From a virus (taxonomy: Duplodnaviria > Caudoviricetes): a stretch of 64,000 nt of DNA. The stretch's first letter is position 1, and the number at the start of each line of letters is the position of its first letter. This document shows positions 51,601-60,129 of this stretch, piece by piece. The notes beneath the pieces are model-generated. The model was not told the origin of the DNA, did not search any database, and saw nothing but the letters and a program-made list of their open reading frames with translations. The stretch covers positions 698-64,697 of IMG/VR virus record IMGVR_UViG_3300027733_000056. The stretch is one strand, 5' to 3'. A program made the position numbers and the translations under genes.

Positions 51601-54571
51601 CTGACTGCGCTAGTTCTTCTTTAACCCGCAGGTGCGTTTCCAGTTCTCGTGGCAGAGACAGTGGTTTGGCTTTGGCGCTTGGCCCGCGCATTGTTCCGAT
51701 ATTTTCAAGTTGCTTTGCTGCTCTTTGGACATTAGCTTGCTGTGCGGCTTTAGGGTTTGCTGCTATAGCTGCTTTGAGCGCTTGGTCAGCATTCATTGCG
51801 GGGGCCGTTTCAGCACGACCCCGTACGCCCACAACAGTTGGCCCGGCGCTAGTCATAACGCCTTGTGCAACATCTTCTTGCTTAATTAAACTGGCTCGAC
51901 GCGCCGCTTCATTTTTAGGAACGCCTTCGCCAACAAGCTGTTCATATTTTTCTTTTCTAACTTTAGCAAGCGCTTTAGTTCTTTCACTATCACTGAGGTT
52001 GTACGTTCTTCCAGCAAAACCGCTACTAACTTTTTCCGCCGCCGTAGGCGTAGTTACGCTACCGGGAAGTCCCGTAACCGTAGAAGGCAAAGCTGCGCCT
52101 GACTCGCGTAAAGCCTCAGCCATAGCGCCCTTACCTTCTCCACCACGAGCGGTAGTTTCAGCACGTTTAGTCGGAGCCCCTTCACCGTATACCCCTTCCT
52201 CACCGCGCTCAATCTTGCCAAGTTGCTCGTCGAGCATAGTGAACAGGGACGCTTCGTTGCCAATTGCCGTGTCTTTCTCACCGATGTTGGCGTCTGCTCG
52301 GCGCAGGAATGCGTAAGCCTCATCACTTAAGTCTTCACGCAGTTGAAGCTGGTTAACCCGATCACGCAGCGCTGCTGCTGCTGTTACTGGCTCTGCCGTA
52401 CCTTCTTGGCGAGGGCGCAGTTTGAATGGGGCTGGCCCGCCGCGTTGGGGCTGAGGTTGCCCTGCGGGTTGTGTTTCTTCCGCAGTAGGTAATTCTTCGC
52501 CTTGCGTCAAAACTTTTTTGACTTGGTTTAATGCAGTGGACGCGCCCGTGTTTGGGTAAGGCTGCTCAAACAAATCAAATTGTGGTGATGCAGAAATAGC
52601 CCCCGCTGGGCGTGCACCAATACGTTGAAGCGCTTGTGACTCGCCTAATTTGCGGGTGTGTTCTGCATATGCGGCGTCATATTCTGCGTCAAGACGAGCC
52701 AAAGTTTCTGCACGTTGGTCGCCCAGTTCTTTGCTGCGACGATCACGAAATTGTTCCCGCGTTTCAGATGTTGCTTGAAACGGCTGCATTTCAAACTCTT
52801 GCTGCGTCTTGGGAACAACGCGGCTTTGCAGGTCTTTTAGTTTTATACGAAGTGCAATTTGCGCATCAATATCGCCGTTTGTTTCCGCGTTTGCCAATTG
52901 CTTTTGTGCTACGGCAATTTGTTGTTCTTCCGGTTTTGGTAATTTTTTTACAGCCTCACGGGCTTGCGCTAAAGCATCAACGGCTTGCGCAAATTTTGGT
53001 TGCGCTGTTTGAAGCTGTTCTAACGTAAGTGTTGGGGCCTGTGTCTGGAACTGCGCAACCAGTTGCTCCAGCATGCGTACTTGCTGGCGGGGGTCATTCT
53101 GAGCCAGTAGCGTTTCTGGCGCATTGAACTTGCCCCGGTTACCAACCGTTGCATCGTACATGTCAAACGTCTGCTGCAACTGGGCTTGCTTACTTTCGGG
53201 GCCATACAGGTTGTCTTGCTTTTCTCTTGCAAGAACGTCTTCAGCAGTCCCCGTGCGCTCCACCGGTTTGCCTTGGAGATCCAACTCCGGAGTCTTGGGC
53301 GTTGGCAGGTTGCCAAACATATCCACTTGCTGGAGCTGTTCTGTGTTTTTAATTGCCTCGGGCGCAGGTGCAGGCTCTTTCGGCAGGAACTGGCGGTACT
53401 GGCGGTACTCTTTGTTTGTATCTTTGAGCACCGTAGCGTGCTCGGCAAGTGCCTGCTGCGTCTCGCGGTTGTCTTGCTTCTGATCCTCAGTGAGCTTGTT
53501 GCCCTTGCTGGCCTTGTGAATCTGGCCTTCCAATTCTTTCTGTCTTTGCTCAGCAGCAACGTAGTCGGCTTGTGCTTTTTGGGCGTACTCAGGCGTTTGT
53601 TTTGTGGCTAGGGTAGCTGCGTCTAGCTTGTCCTGCTCGACTCGGGCTACGTCAGCTTGTTTCTTTTGCTCTTCGCGTTGCTGTTTGTCAAACCGGCTTT
53701 GCTCCGCACCGCGCTCCACACGGCGACCCACAGGGGCCAAGATGCCGCCAAGCACCGCGCCGCCAATGAAATTGTCAAAGTATTCCTTGCGTGCTTCGGG
53801 GTCGTTGATATTTAACCCGGCTTGCATGCGCTCAAACACCTGCTGACCGGCTTCGGTCAGACCCTCAACCCCCATCGTTCTACCAGTAGTGAGCAAGTAA
53901 TCCGCAGCGGTTTTCTTCAAGCCTTCCTTGGCTAAGTCCTGCGCAGCTTTCTCTGATAGGTTAAAGCCCAGCTTGCCAAACATCTTACCCATGCCGGGGA
54001 TCATGCCTAAGCTCACTGTGTCCAGCGCAGCCATAGGGATAGCGGCTAGTGCTGCATTAACTACATCTGTCTCGCCCAGCTTCTTGCCCTCTTGGACTTG
54101 GCGGGATATGTTCGACCCGGTGAACTGCGCAGCAGAAGCAAGACCCGCCGCACCCGCAGCCGCTAAACCTTCAGGAGCCAAAAATGCCGCAGCAGCCGGA
54201 GCCACCATGTATGGCAGGGAGCCGCCTGCCAACTCACCAATCTTGGTAAACGGGGCTTCTAAGAAACCTTCTTGGGTTGGTGCAAAGGTTTTCTTTTGGT
54301 AGGCTTCTTGTTCAGCTCGGTACTTTTCCGCAGCAGGCAAATCCATGATGCCCGCACGCCCAGCTAAACCGGCAATGTCCCCCTTGAGAGAAGAAACGCC
54401 TGCTTTGAGCGCGGGCATGAACCCAGACTTGGGCTGTTCTTCGGGGGCTTTCTGCGTTAACCCAAAAGCTTGAGGATATAGTTTTTCTGCTGCGCTTAAC
54501 GCCGATGCGGGGTCTTCGCCCTCTTTTAGCGGAAACAAATTACCATCAGGAAGTCTCACGTATTGGGGCAT
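45644..54571 (-). CDS. Giant 2975-aa virion / polyvalent protein with HExxH metallopeptidase and LPD38-like C-terminus
   Basis: ILLHELLHAAT...HEFLAE zincin motif; PFFN..IQG, LPIPYE.G and SP..IEHL..GYLG motifs. Confidence 0.8.
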   Translation of the reverse strand: MPQYVRLPDGNLFPLKEGEDPASALSAAEKLYPQAFGLTQKAPEEQPKSGFMPALKAGVSSLKGDIAGLAGRAGIMDLPAAEKYRAEQEAYQKKTFAPTQEGFLEAPFTKIGELAGGSLPYMVAPAAAAFLAPEGLAAAGAAGLASAAQFTGSNISRQVQEGKKLGETDVVNAALAAIPMAALDTVSLGMIPGMGKMFGKLGFNLSEKAAQDLAKEGLKKTAADYLLTTGRTMGVEGLTEAGQQVFERMQAGLNINDPEARKEYFDNFIGGAVLGGILAPVGRRVERGAEQSRFDKQQREEQKKQADVARVEQDKLDAATLATKQTPEYAQKAQADYVAAEQRQKELEGQIHKASKGNKLTEDQKQDNRETQQALAEHATVLKDTNKEYRQYRQFLPKEPAPAPEAIKNTEQLQQVDMFGNLPTPKTPELDLQGKPVERTGTAEDVLAREKQDNLYGPESKQAQLQQTFDMYDATVGNRGKFNAPETLLAQNDPRQQVRMLEQLVAQFQTQAPTLTLEQLQTAQPKFAQAVDALAQAREAVKKLPKPEEQQIAVAQKQLANAETNGDIDAQIALRIKLKDLQSRVVPKTQQEFEMQPFQATSETREQFRDRRSKELGDQRAETLARLDAEYDAAYAEHTRKLGESQALQRIGARPAGAISASPQFDLFEQPYPNTGASTALNQVKKVLTQGEELPTAEETQPAGQPQPQRGGPAPFKLRPRQEGTAEPVTAAAALRDRVNQLQLREDLSDEAYAFLRRADANIGEKDTAIGNEASLFTMLDEQLGKIERGEEGVYGEGAPTKRAETTARGGEGKGAMAEALRESGAALPSTVTGLPGSVTTPTAAEKVSSGFAGRTYNLSDSERTKALAKVRKEKYEQLVGEGVPKNEAARRASLIKQEDVAQGVMTSAGPTVVGVRGRAETAPAMNADQALKAAIAANPKAAQQANVQRAAKQLENIGTMRGPSAKAKPLSLPRELETHLRVKEELAQSEKDIDQMSLFPEKEVPTTALGRATPGMFRRFLDSKIVKEMREAEARTKVHKQQAPKVTYYFGLINELEAKLNALVTESDLRGTAKSILKDNDDVVALLQQYGKLKADPMFSSILAMTSVDNEKEIKALTQDVAVYTKTLAELDKQAAEARQAVAKRKEQIDRLNKMLSGVAPLETKLEAATAQLRELQKKGAAPAPEKTQAYKNEIASLKRQIESKLGFGEIGYEAPAFVFGQEDTQTIVMFEAALKKIKDNRVLVDTLQRQNKKLRQEMSQFSKLRTTAENTQAMLADLRSTLNSVSKTQDNIDKIPAVMDAQKTLWDLEHSGKDPEVLKKEIAQAQVDLRNAVVAKEEADAASKEAAKSPSTKAYEQAAAAVKKRRAGIEAQLATLRDQARAQRTKEENVRLYGAKQKTALPGGISVAPITSTTYAGKVQNQITNAAMDNIDAIEKEINELKQELEDKQKEGLPGKPQQMQIMRLESALQEANEFYNEQLKTEGIAKSNKEYAKQILAWPLKKLKLELGTLENQANALEDKVKAARAESLSHFEKQKAKEAGLVTFASLPPGKYPEVSKVKVSQLIPSERNKTPGGARSSPVFAFKGQGAAFRQTEILRLKRDSVAQRIEQVEALERQGKTAEETETQAPQRKASERGNVAPSSVTRTGPVTRGVTSNVAKLTESKRSGRPISNRQQQLERLQANIDAAQIKANEAAINWKKATEAYEASKGQPAQVREDAKAAYEAADNRLEISRSNLDAAKALLEAEDITKEQQEKLGAVSEATQTFENVTNERLDSSESNPIPKKTPAVLSPTVKKTAKESPKLSQQDIDDAVAAKGRQIDKKYGTEMDTSSPYHGKTYAEAARIAAEKARNPLSKKLFDILAEVLGNAYSDDMHGRVYVTSKKGIEKSADGKERPVAGHYNPAQNYVLTISTAGSPHATKILLHELLHAATSRGLYTNNAFNARVEHLKNTVEKWLQTPEGKKYFRANKVALVGFTTKGVYGLTNTHEFLAETFSHKGFQDLLDQIPSETPNKSVLSRLVDVFAGFFRFSKPKERSLLNDALEITEEAFAENKPLNEMQRWQKTRETNEVLNAPDYASDDALSELARNTVAQDKTFFEKLGGNKMLQFEQNTVDMRAGLSKAMELGAKQLGDSRLFQQAMYSVRKADQKMPLVLAALSDGPLETYTDDKGFKGVRTTNANSAKDIFASVSDIPDRYGDGKAKMGLATAYMIAQRAANKGLTKLDLGALGVTQEKLDAAMRQVDSDKQLKNALERTRNLYNKYNEGMIRFLASTGAITKKEADSYLKEGDYVPYYRVNDNGIAQLVLGGDKTITIGDIRHQPYLAELKGGETKILPLDKSLPRNTMLLVDMAMTNMATRNVAYAMQAAGKGQGEFSARTGKVTDLMSINRGDGPTDPSVIRWKQEADPNKPDDNGKRWLRVQTNDTVFGGIPAELIVKSLEGASLTLPAFLKLGSIAGDFLRAGVTRTPVYLLRQLFRDPFAAAATAGLDYGPLKAIYKAGSEYLKMNTGQSETAAKLLEKGLIQSGIFTGDPDDLSKFALQLASGKDMNAFEKFFAMADRQAMKADAATRALVYDNAIANGLSEVEADFAVMESMNFHKRGMAPGIQYASRLIPFFNSQIQGLNVLFKAASGNMPFNEQLKIKQKFYNNAMLLMGTGLAYAMLMDDDEYFRNAKPRDKYSNFFVHVPGMEEPLKLPIPYEFGWFFSAAVAAADAMKAETDGPQQLRALRDMFVGAIPGSSSLGVPQIVKPLAEVYTNKNFFSGFEATPLESARLQKLSPEARYYANTTELAKQLSKIAPVLSPIQIEHLVSGYLGSLPLMAAAATDSLFKTGETVEAPTRRPSEMPLIGSSFQRKYGGEDADVVYKLATDALQKKATFDNYRKTGKLEDAKEFLADHRAEIMVAPMAMQYEKFMGTLRKQEEIIRGSNIPADKKQERIDQLNKQRQLQSERYVQAIKRAEAASGRTTPQ

Positions 54572-54630
54572 ATATCACTCAACAGAAAGTGCGGCAGCGA
54601 CCCGCGTTACGCTAAAAACATTATGCCTTA

Positions 54631-56400
54631 TTAGGGCCGTGCCAGAACTCCGGTTGTAATAGGCTCTTTGGTTGTAACCACAGACGCGCCCTGCGGAGCC
54701 ATTGCCGCCATAACCCCTTTAATTTGTTTTGCAAACTCTACTGGCGGTACTGGGTCAACGCCCATTTTGCTGGCGTTATTTGTATAGTCAAGGTACATTT
54801 TGGCGTACACCTGACCCGTCTTGTCTGCGGTAATTTCTTGCATTTTTCTAAGACCTGTTTCGTAATTGCCGCCGCCTAACAGGTTTGTAATTGCTCGAAC
54901 TTCTGGCGGCATCGCATTTGCTTGATACAGCGCTCGGGCATTTGCCCCAGCTTGTTCCATACCAGTACGTTTATTTTGTTGCTCTTGCTCGAAGACGGTT
55001 TTACGGTTAGACGCCATCGTGGTAAATGTAGTTTCGGCTTCCTTGCGCCCAAGTTTTCCGTCTTCCATAAGCGCACTGAGGCCTAACTCTTTAGCTTTGA
55101 CGTAAGTTTGCGCAATGCCTTTGCTCATCTGGCGCAGGTCTTTATCGTTGGCTATGCCTTCTGAACGGCGCAATTCTTCAACTTTGGCAAAAGAATCGTC
55201 CAGCTTATCCCGCGCTTCGGCAAGTTTGTCCAAGCCAGCTTTGTAGGATTTAACCCCGGTCTGAGCGCCAGCGCCAATATTAGCCAGCGCGTTAGGGGAT
55301 GTGCCTGACATGATCGCCAAGCCAGCCTCCATGATAGACATACCTGACAAATCGGATTCTTGTTTGGACAGGCGTTCTTCCCGGCCTTTAAGGCGTGTCT
55401 CATAACCCGCCATTGCGGGGCCACGTTTTTCAATGTCGGCTATGGCTTGCGTTTTTTCTTGCTCAAGCGCTGTCCGCTCAGCAGTAGTTAATTCACCAAT
55501 CTCTTTACCAAAACGGTTTTGAGGTGTGTACGCATCCCGAACTTTTGCGTACTCCGCAGCTATTTTGGTCGGGTCTGTTTCGGGAGCCCCAGCTTGGCTG
55601 GTGCGCGTGTCAGTTTTCAAAAGGCTTTGCAAGCCTGAGTCTGCTTTGGCTGCTGCCGCATCGCGTTCACTTAATGGGGCGCTTACAGAGGTCAGTTGTT
55701 TTGCTGGGGGGTTACCGCGCCCTGCACCTGCGTCTGTAGGCGGAAGTACTGCGGGTTTTACTGTAGATACTGTAGGCGTAGCAACTGCTTCGGGGGAGTT
55801 TTGGTACGTTTTATCTACTTCTTTAAGCCGTTGCTTTTGCCGGTTTTTTACGCCCTCATCGGACATAAACATTTCCATGTACTTGTCAAACAATGAATTT
55901 TGAACTGCTTGCGGTTTTCTTTGCACATTACCAAAAGGCATTGCATCACTCTCCGGTAGCGGTTTCATAACCCCTGTAGCGGGGTCTTTATACATATTAC
56001 CCATAATGATTGCGCCTTCAGGAACGCCACCAACAGCATACCCCGCAATTCCGCCGTCAGCCATACCCTGCATATTAGGCGCAGGTAGCTGCGCGATGCC
56101 TTGTTGCTCAGGCAGTTGACCCTGTGCTTGGGGCATGCCCTGTGGGGGCGGCATTGCCTGTGGAGGCGGTGCTGGGGGCGGGTTGATGGACTGAATTGCC
56201 TGATCGACCACCTTGGGCTGAGGCATCTGCCCAGCCTGCCCCTGCTGCGCGGTGCGCAGTTTCTGGCGGCGGTTGTTCTCGCTCATAGCCAAGGACATGA
56301 TGTACGGATCGTCCTTGTTCATCATTGCGTATTTTTGCAATGCTGCGTCCGGCATCAGCGCTAGGCTGTCCGTTACGTCTTGTATTTGACCGATGTCCAT
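54631..56400 (-). CDS. Internal virion / ejection protein
   Basis: GIAQLPA.NM..MADGGI motif, coiled coils, GLAIMSG.SP.AL.NIG. Confidence 0.65.
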   Translation of the reverse strand: MDIGQIQDVTDSLALMPDAALQKYAMMNKDDPYIMSLAMSENNRRQKLRTAQQGQAGQMPQPKVVDQAIQSINPPPAPPPQAMPPPQGMPQAQGQLPEQQGIAQLPAPNMQGMADGGIAGYAVGGVPEGAIIMGNMYKDPATGVMKPLPESDAMPFGNVQRKPQAVQNSLFDKYMEMFMSDEGVKNRQKQRLKEVDKTYQNSPEAVATPTVSTVKPAVLPPTDAGAGRGNPPAKQLTSVSAPLSERDAAAAKADSGLQSLLKTDTRTSQAGAPETDPTKIAAEYAKVRDAYTPQNRFGKEIGELTTAERTALEQEKTQAIADIEKRGPAMAGYETRLKGREERLSKQESDLSGMSIMEAGLAIMSGTSPNALANIGAGAQTGVKSYKAGLDKLAEARDKLDDSFAKVEELRRSEGIANDKDLRQMSKGIAQTYVKAKELGLSALMEDGKLGRKEAETTFTTMASNRKTVFEQEQQNKRTGMEQAGANARALYQANAMPPEVRAITNLLGGGNYETGLRKMQEITADKTGQVYAKMYLDYTNNASKMGVDPVPPVEFAKQIKGVMAAMAPQGASVVTTKEPITTGVLARP

Positions 56401-56403
56401 GTT

Positions 56404-57948
56404 TTACCCCCGGCTCATTTGATACATTGCCAAGTCATTTAGACCCGCGCCGCGTTGCGCGTGGATAGCTCCGCCTGCGGCTTTTTTTGGTTGGCCCATT
56501 TGGTACATCCCATACGCCGCAGTCCCCGCGCCTGCCAACTGACTTACCAACGACGGAGCAGGCTGCGTTACAGTGGAACCAAGGTTACCAATGGGTTGCC
56601 TATTAACAATGTCAGACATAAAACCAAGTTGTTTGTATGGGTAGTTCTGTTCATTCGCGTAGTTTTGCTGACTTGTATCTATTAAGTTTTGCTCTTGCTG
56701 CTGTTTCTGCGTACCAAACGCATTTTGTAATTGCAAATTGCCAGTTGTTTGCCCATACAAATTCTGGCCTTGGGAGCCCAACGCGCCGTAGCCTTGCATG
56801 CCTGCTTGCAGACCTTGCAAACCCAAGTTGGCACCGAACTGTTTAGAGCGTTCGGATTCTTGTTGCCCTGCTAGTCCATACTGCGCCCCCAAAGAGGCGG
56901 CTTGCATTCCCTGTCCAGCACCGAACTGACGGGATTGCTCTTGCTGTTGCTGCGTTGTCAGGCCCGCCTGCTGGTTTGCCAGTGCCGCTTGCATAGCTTG
57001 CTGGGCGCTCATGCCCTGCATTTGAAGTTGAGCCGCTTGGTTCTGCACAGCAGATTGCTGCTGATTAGATAGATTTGCCAATGATGTCTGAAGGCCAATC
57101 TGCCCCGCTCCAAGCTGCTGAACACCAAGATTTGCAGCTAAGTTCTGCGACCCAGTAGTTAAGCCTGCTTGCTGGTTGGCCTGCTGGGCCTGTAAACGCG
57201 CTTGTTGCTCCGCATTAAATTGTTGCTGGGCTTGCTGATATGCCGCCTGCGAACCTTGAGCTTGGATATCCCCCATCTGCTGACCAAGATTGCGCTCACG
57301 CTCAGCACGCATAATGGCATCTCGACCACCGCCAAAAGCGCCAGCTTGAGCGGCTTGTGCTTGTTGTTGAGTTCCTTGAATGCCAGACTGACGCGCCGCC
57401 TCGCGCTTTTGTACATCCACCACATTCTGCATGTAGGGGGACATGTATGCATCTGCGGATCCGGGCTGTGCAAAACTTTGTGTGTTTACACGTTCCGCTG
57501 GCCCCATCTGGTAGTTTTGCAGTTGTGGGTTATACCCGGTCTGCGCGGCATCCATCTTAGGTGCGTTCTGGGCCTGTGAGTTTACTTGTTGGTAATTAAA
57601 CTGACCGGGCTGATATGCGCCGGGAGCTTGGAACTGATTGCCAAATTGTGTTGGGTTATAAGCTGTATTACCCGCCCGCTGAGCTAAACCTTCAAGACCG
57701 GCGGCTGCGTTTTGCGAATATTGATTTTGCTTAAGGTCTCCTGCGCCAGCAAATGCATCTGTTTGCAGCTTATTAAAACCGGCTACTTGGTCACCTTGCA
57801 AGCCGTGTTCTTTTGCCCAGTCTGCGTAGCTTTTATAGTTTCTACCGGCAAGTTCTTCCGCACGACCCATTGCGCTTTCAGAATACTTTTTTATTGTCTC
57901 TGTCGGATAACCCTGTATGTTTGTCGTTGTTACGGTTTGATCAGCCAT
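56404..57948 (-). CDS. Gln-rich DNA transfer protein
   Basis: YMSPYMQNVVD, AGAFGG.R and YPY.QLGF.S motifs. Confidence 0.7.
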   Translation of the reverse strand: MADQTVTTTNIQGYPTETIKKYSESAMGRAEELAGRNYKSYADWAKEHGLQGDQVAGFNKLQTDAFAGAGDLKQNQYSQNAAAGLEGLAQRAGNTAYNPTQFGNQFQAPGAYQPGQFNYQQVNSQAQNAPKMDAAQTGYNPQLQNYQMGPAERVNTQSFAQPGSADAYMSPYMQNVVDVQKREAARQSGIQGTQQQAQAAQAGAFGGGRDAIMRAERERNLGQQMGDIQAQGSQAAYQQAQQQFNAEQQARLQAQQANQQAGLTTGSQNLAANLGVQQLGAGQIGLQTSLANLSNQQQSAVQNQAAQLQMQGMSAQQAMQAALANQQAGLTTQQQQEQSRQFGAGQGMQAASLGAQYGLAGQQESERSKQFGANLGLQGLQAGMQGYGALGSQGQNLYGQTTGNLQLQNAFGTQKQQQEQNLIDTSQQNYANEQNYPYKQLGFMSDIVNRQPIGNLGSTVTQPAPSLVSQLAGAGTAAYGMYQMGQPKKAAGGAIHAQRGAGLNDLAMYQMSRG

Positions 57949-57957
57949 GATTGTTCC

Positions 57958-59829
57958 TTATGCTGGAAGGTATTTATCTGCGCGGCTATTAGCCGCAACT
58001 TTGTCTTTGCCCGTAGTCTTAGAGCGGGACTTCTGAACTCTATCCATCATTGCGTACAGCTTACGTGCGCCAGCCTCTGTAGAGCCGTTGCCCAACTCAG
58101 AAACAATACGCGCCGGTACTACAAACTCGCCATCAGCTAAACGGGCGGGTTGCTTTTCCCCGATTGTGGCAGGAATATCGTCAGACACACCATCGCCCGG
58201 GCCGCGCAGTAGTCTGCCGCCATCAGAGTAGGAGCCAAGGTTATACATGCCGCCGTCAGCCAGTGCAGCAATACCGCCGCCGTCAGCGTAGCGTTGGTTT
58301 AAATAACCGCCGCGAGCAAAACTACCGGTTCCGTCATGGCTGTCATGAGCCTCTCCAGAAGGATCACGCCCAGTGTCTGGGCCAAAAGAACCACGATCCA
58401 TTCCAGAAAAATCAGTGTTGTTTATTCTGTCTTGTACTTCTTTAGTAGCCGGAGTTGACGGTGCATTACTTACAGATCCTCTGTCCATTCCAGAAAAATC
58501 AGTGTTGTTTATTCTGTCTTGTACTTCTTTAGTAGCCGGAGTTGACGGTGCATTACTTACAGATCCTCTGTCCATTCCAGAAAAATCAGTGTTGTTAATT
58601 GCATTTAATACTTTTGCCCTTTGCCCCGCTTCTGCCTCCGCAACGCTTCCATATCCTGTGGTGTCCACAATAGGCGCATTATTTGCAACAGGGTTAAGTA
58701 ATGCGTGAACCAGCCCATTTGAGTAGCTGTTTACGTCTGGGGCATAGTTACTTACGGAAGAACCCATAGCAGCAGCCCGATCAGCCGGATCACCACCGCC
58801 ATAGCGTTTCTGATCTTCTTTAATTTCTTCTTGCAGAGTCTTGGTAGCTTCTGCGGCCTTTGCAACTGAGCTTGGGGCAGGGGGTGCATGGTAAAACAGG
58901 AACGGGTTTGGCCCTTTACCCATTAAATAGTCTTGTGCCCTTTCGGAGTCGCTACGTGTTTCGTTTGTGGTAGGAAGAATTGGGTTACCATTTACGTCAA
59001 CTGCTTGCGTAACATTGCCAAAACGAACTGGTTCTTTTAAAAAATCTCTAGGAACGCTCCCACCCTCGTCATAGTGCTGCATTAAGCCGCCATTGGCATT
59101 GCCAAAACGAACTGGCGGTGAATCTTTTATTTCATCCCCGGTGTAAGTTTTGTAAGCATAAGACTGCCCTGTTGCGGGGTCTACTTTATACATGTACCGG
59201 TTTCCCACCTGTTGTTTGGGTGCCGTCGTTTCTTCTTCGTTACCAAAAGCATCCGCCACTACTGGTGCGGAGGCAAGTCCAAGGTTCATTAAATTACTTT
59301 TTACAAAGTCTGTGGGCGCACCCATTGCTATATTAGCGCCTGCCTGTAAGCGATCTACTGTTCCTATTGGGCTTGATGGTGAAGGAGCGCCGGGAATCCC
59401 AGAGGCACTAACCGGGGGGCCCATCGTAGCGGCTTCGCCCGCAGCACTTAAACTACCTTCCAAACCTGCGCCGCCATAACCGCCTAGTCCAGCCATCAAA
59501 CCTTTTTCCAAACTTCCTGTGGCTAGTCCTGTAATGCCGCCAACCAAAAGCCCTGTACCGGCTGCGCCGCCCAAACCAAACATGCTGCCCACCGCAGTGC
59601 CAACACCGGGTGCAAATGCGTTTAAAGCAAATCCTGCAAGAGCGGGGAGTAGGCTGTCCAAGAACCCAGCTTCAGGCAAACCAGTCTGAGGATTAATGGT
59701 TAAAGACCCACCATTTGCCATAGCCAAAGCCTGTAGCCCCTGTACCTCACGGGGTGACATATGAACAAGGGTCGAGTCTGGGCCGCGCCCTGTTGCTGCC
59801 ATGTGGTTGGCAAGTGTGTGTAGGCTCAT
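57958..59829 (-). CDS. Internal virion protein with xAxGG motifs and GPGDG.SD.IPA...L.DGEFV domain
   Basis: Translation; this C-terminal domain is familiar from tape-measure and internal proteins. Confidence 0.7.
   Translation of the reverse strand: MSLHTLANHMAATGRGPDSTLVHMSPREVQGLQALAMANGGSLTINPQTGLPEAGFLDSLLPALAGFALNAFAPGVGTAVGSMFGLGGAAGTGLLVGGITGLATGSLEKGLMAGLGGYGGAGLEGSLSAAGEAATMGPPVSASGIPGAPSPSSPIGTVDRLQAGANIAMGAPTDFVKSNLMNLGLASAPVVADAFGNEEETTAPKQQVGNRYMYKVDPATGQSYAYKTYTGDEIKDSPPVRFGNANGGLMQHYDEGGSVPRDFLKEPVRFGNVTQAVDVNGNPILPTTNETRSDSERAQDYLMGKGPNPFLFYHAPPAPSSVAKAAEATKTLQEEIKEDQKRYGGGDPADRAAAMGSSVSNYAPDVNSYSNGLVHALLNPVANNAPIVDTTGYGSVAEAEAGQRAKVLNAINNTDFSGMDRGSVSNAPSTPATKEVQDRINNTDFSGMDRGSVSNAPSTPATKEVQDRINNTDFSGMDRGSFGPDTGRDPSGEAHDSHDGTGSFARGGYLNQRYADGGGIAALADGGMYNLGSYSDGGRLLRGPGDGVSDDIPATIGEKQPARLADGEFVVPARIVSELGNGSTEAGARKLYAMMDRVQKSRSKTTGKDKVAANSRADKYLPA
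58397..58596. repeat. Exact 87-bp tandem repeat, about 2.3 copies (29 aa)
   Basis: Copies start at 58397, 58484 and 58571. Confidence 0.95.
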
Positions 59830-60128
59830 GTTTTTACTTTCAAAACGTTACTAGCCGAGGTATCGTAGTATATATCGCCCACCCTCAAATAGGCTAAATC
59901 AGCTTCGGTTGGCAAGCTGGGAGTGGTAGTGTTACCTGTGGGAAAAAAACTAAGGCCAGCAATAATGTCTGTACCGTTTCGCTGGGTGCTGGCTGTCATT
60001 GGGGCAGGGTTGTCTAGCTGGTTAAAGTACAGCCGCAATATGTTGGTTAGCTGATTTATAAGCGCCGGGTCGTATTTATCCCCTGTTGCAGCAGGCATCT
60101 TGGGGGCGACTACGTTCTTCTGTGCCAT
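59826..60128 (-). CDS. Small virion protein (LRLYFNQLD family)
   Basis: Synteny; start moved to MAQKNV. Confidence 0.65.
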   Translation of the reverse strand: MAQKNVVAPKMPAATGDKYDPALINQLTNILRLYFNQLDNPAPMTASTQRNGTDIIAGLSFFPTGNTTTPSLPTEADLAYLRVGDIYYDTSASNVLKVKT

Positions 60129-60129
60129 A

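Noticed and set aside
51429-52316. 295-aa plus-strand ORF and similar ORFs opposite large genes
   Set aside because: Antisense shadows of the 2975-aa gene and other structural genes, explained by codon bias.
58397-58596. Possible CRISPR array
   Set aside because: Repeats are contiguous 87-bp in-frame units with no unique spacers, inside a CDS.
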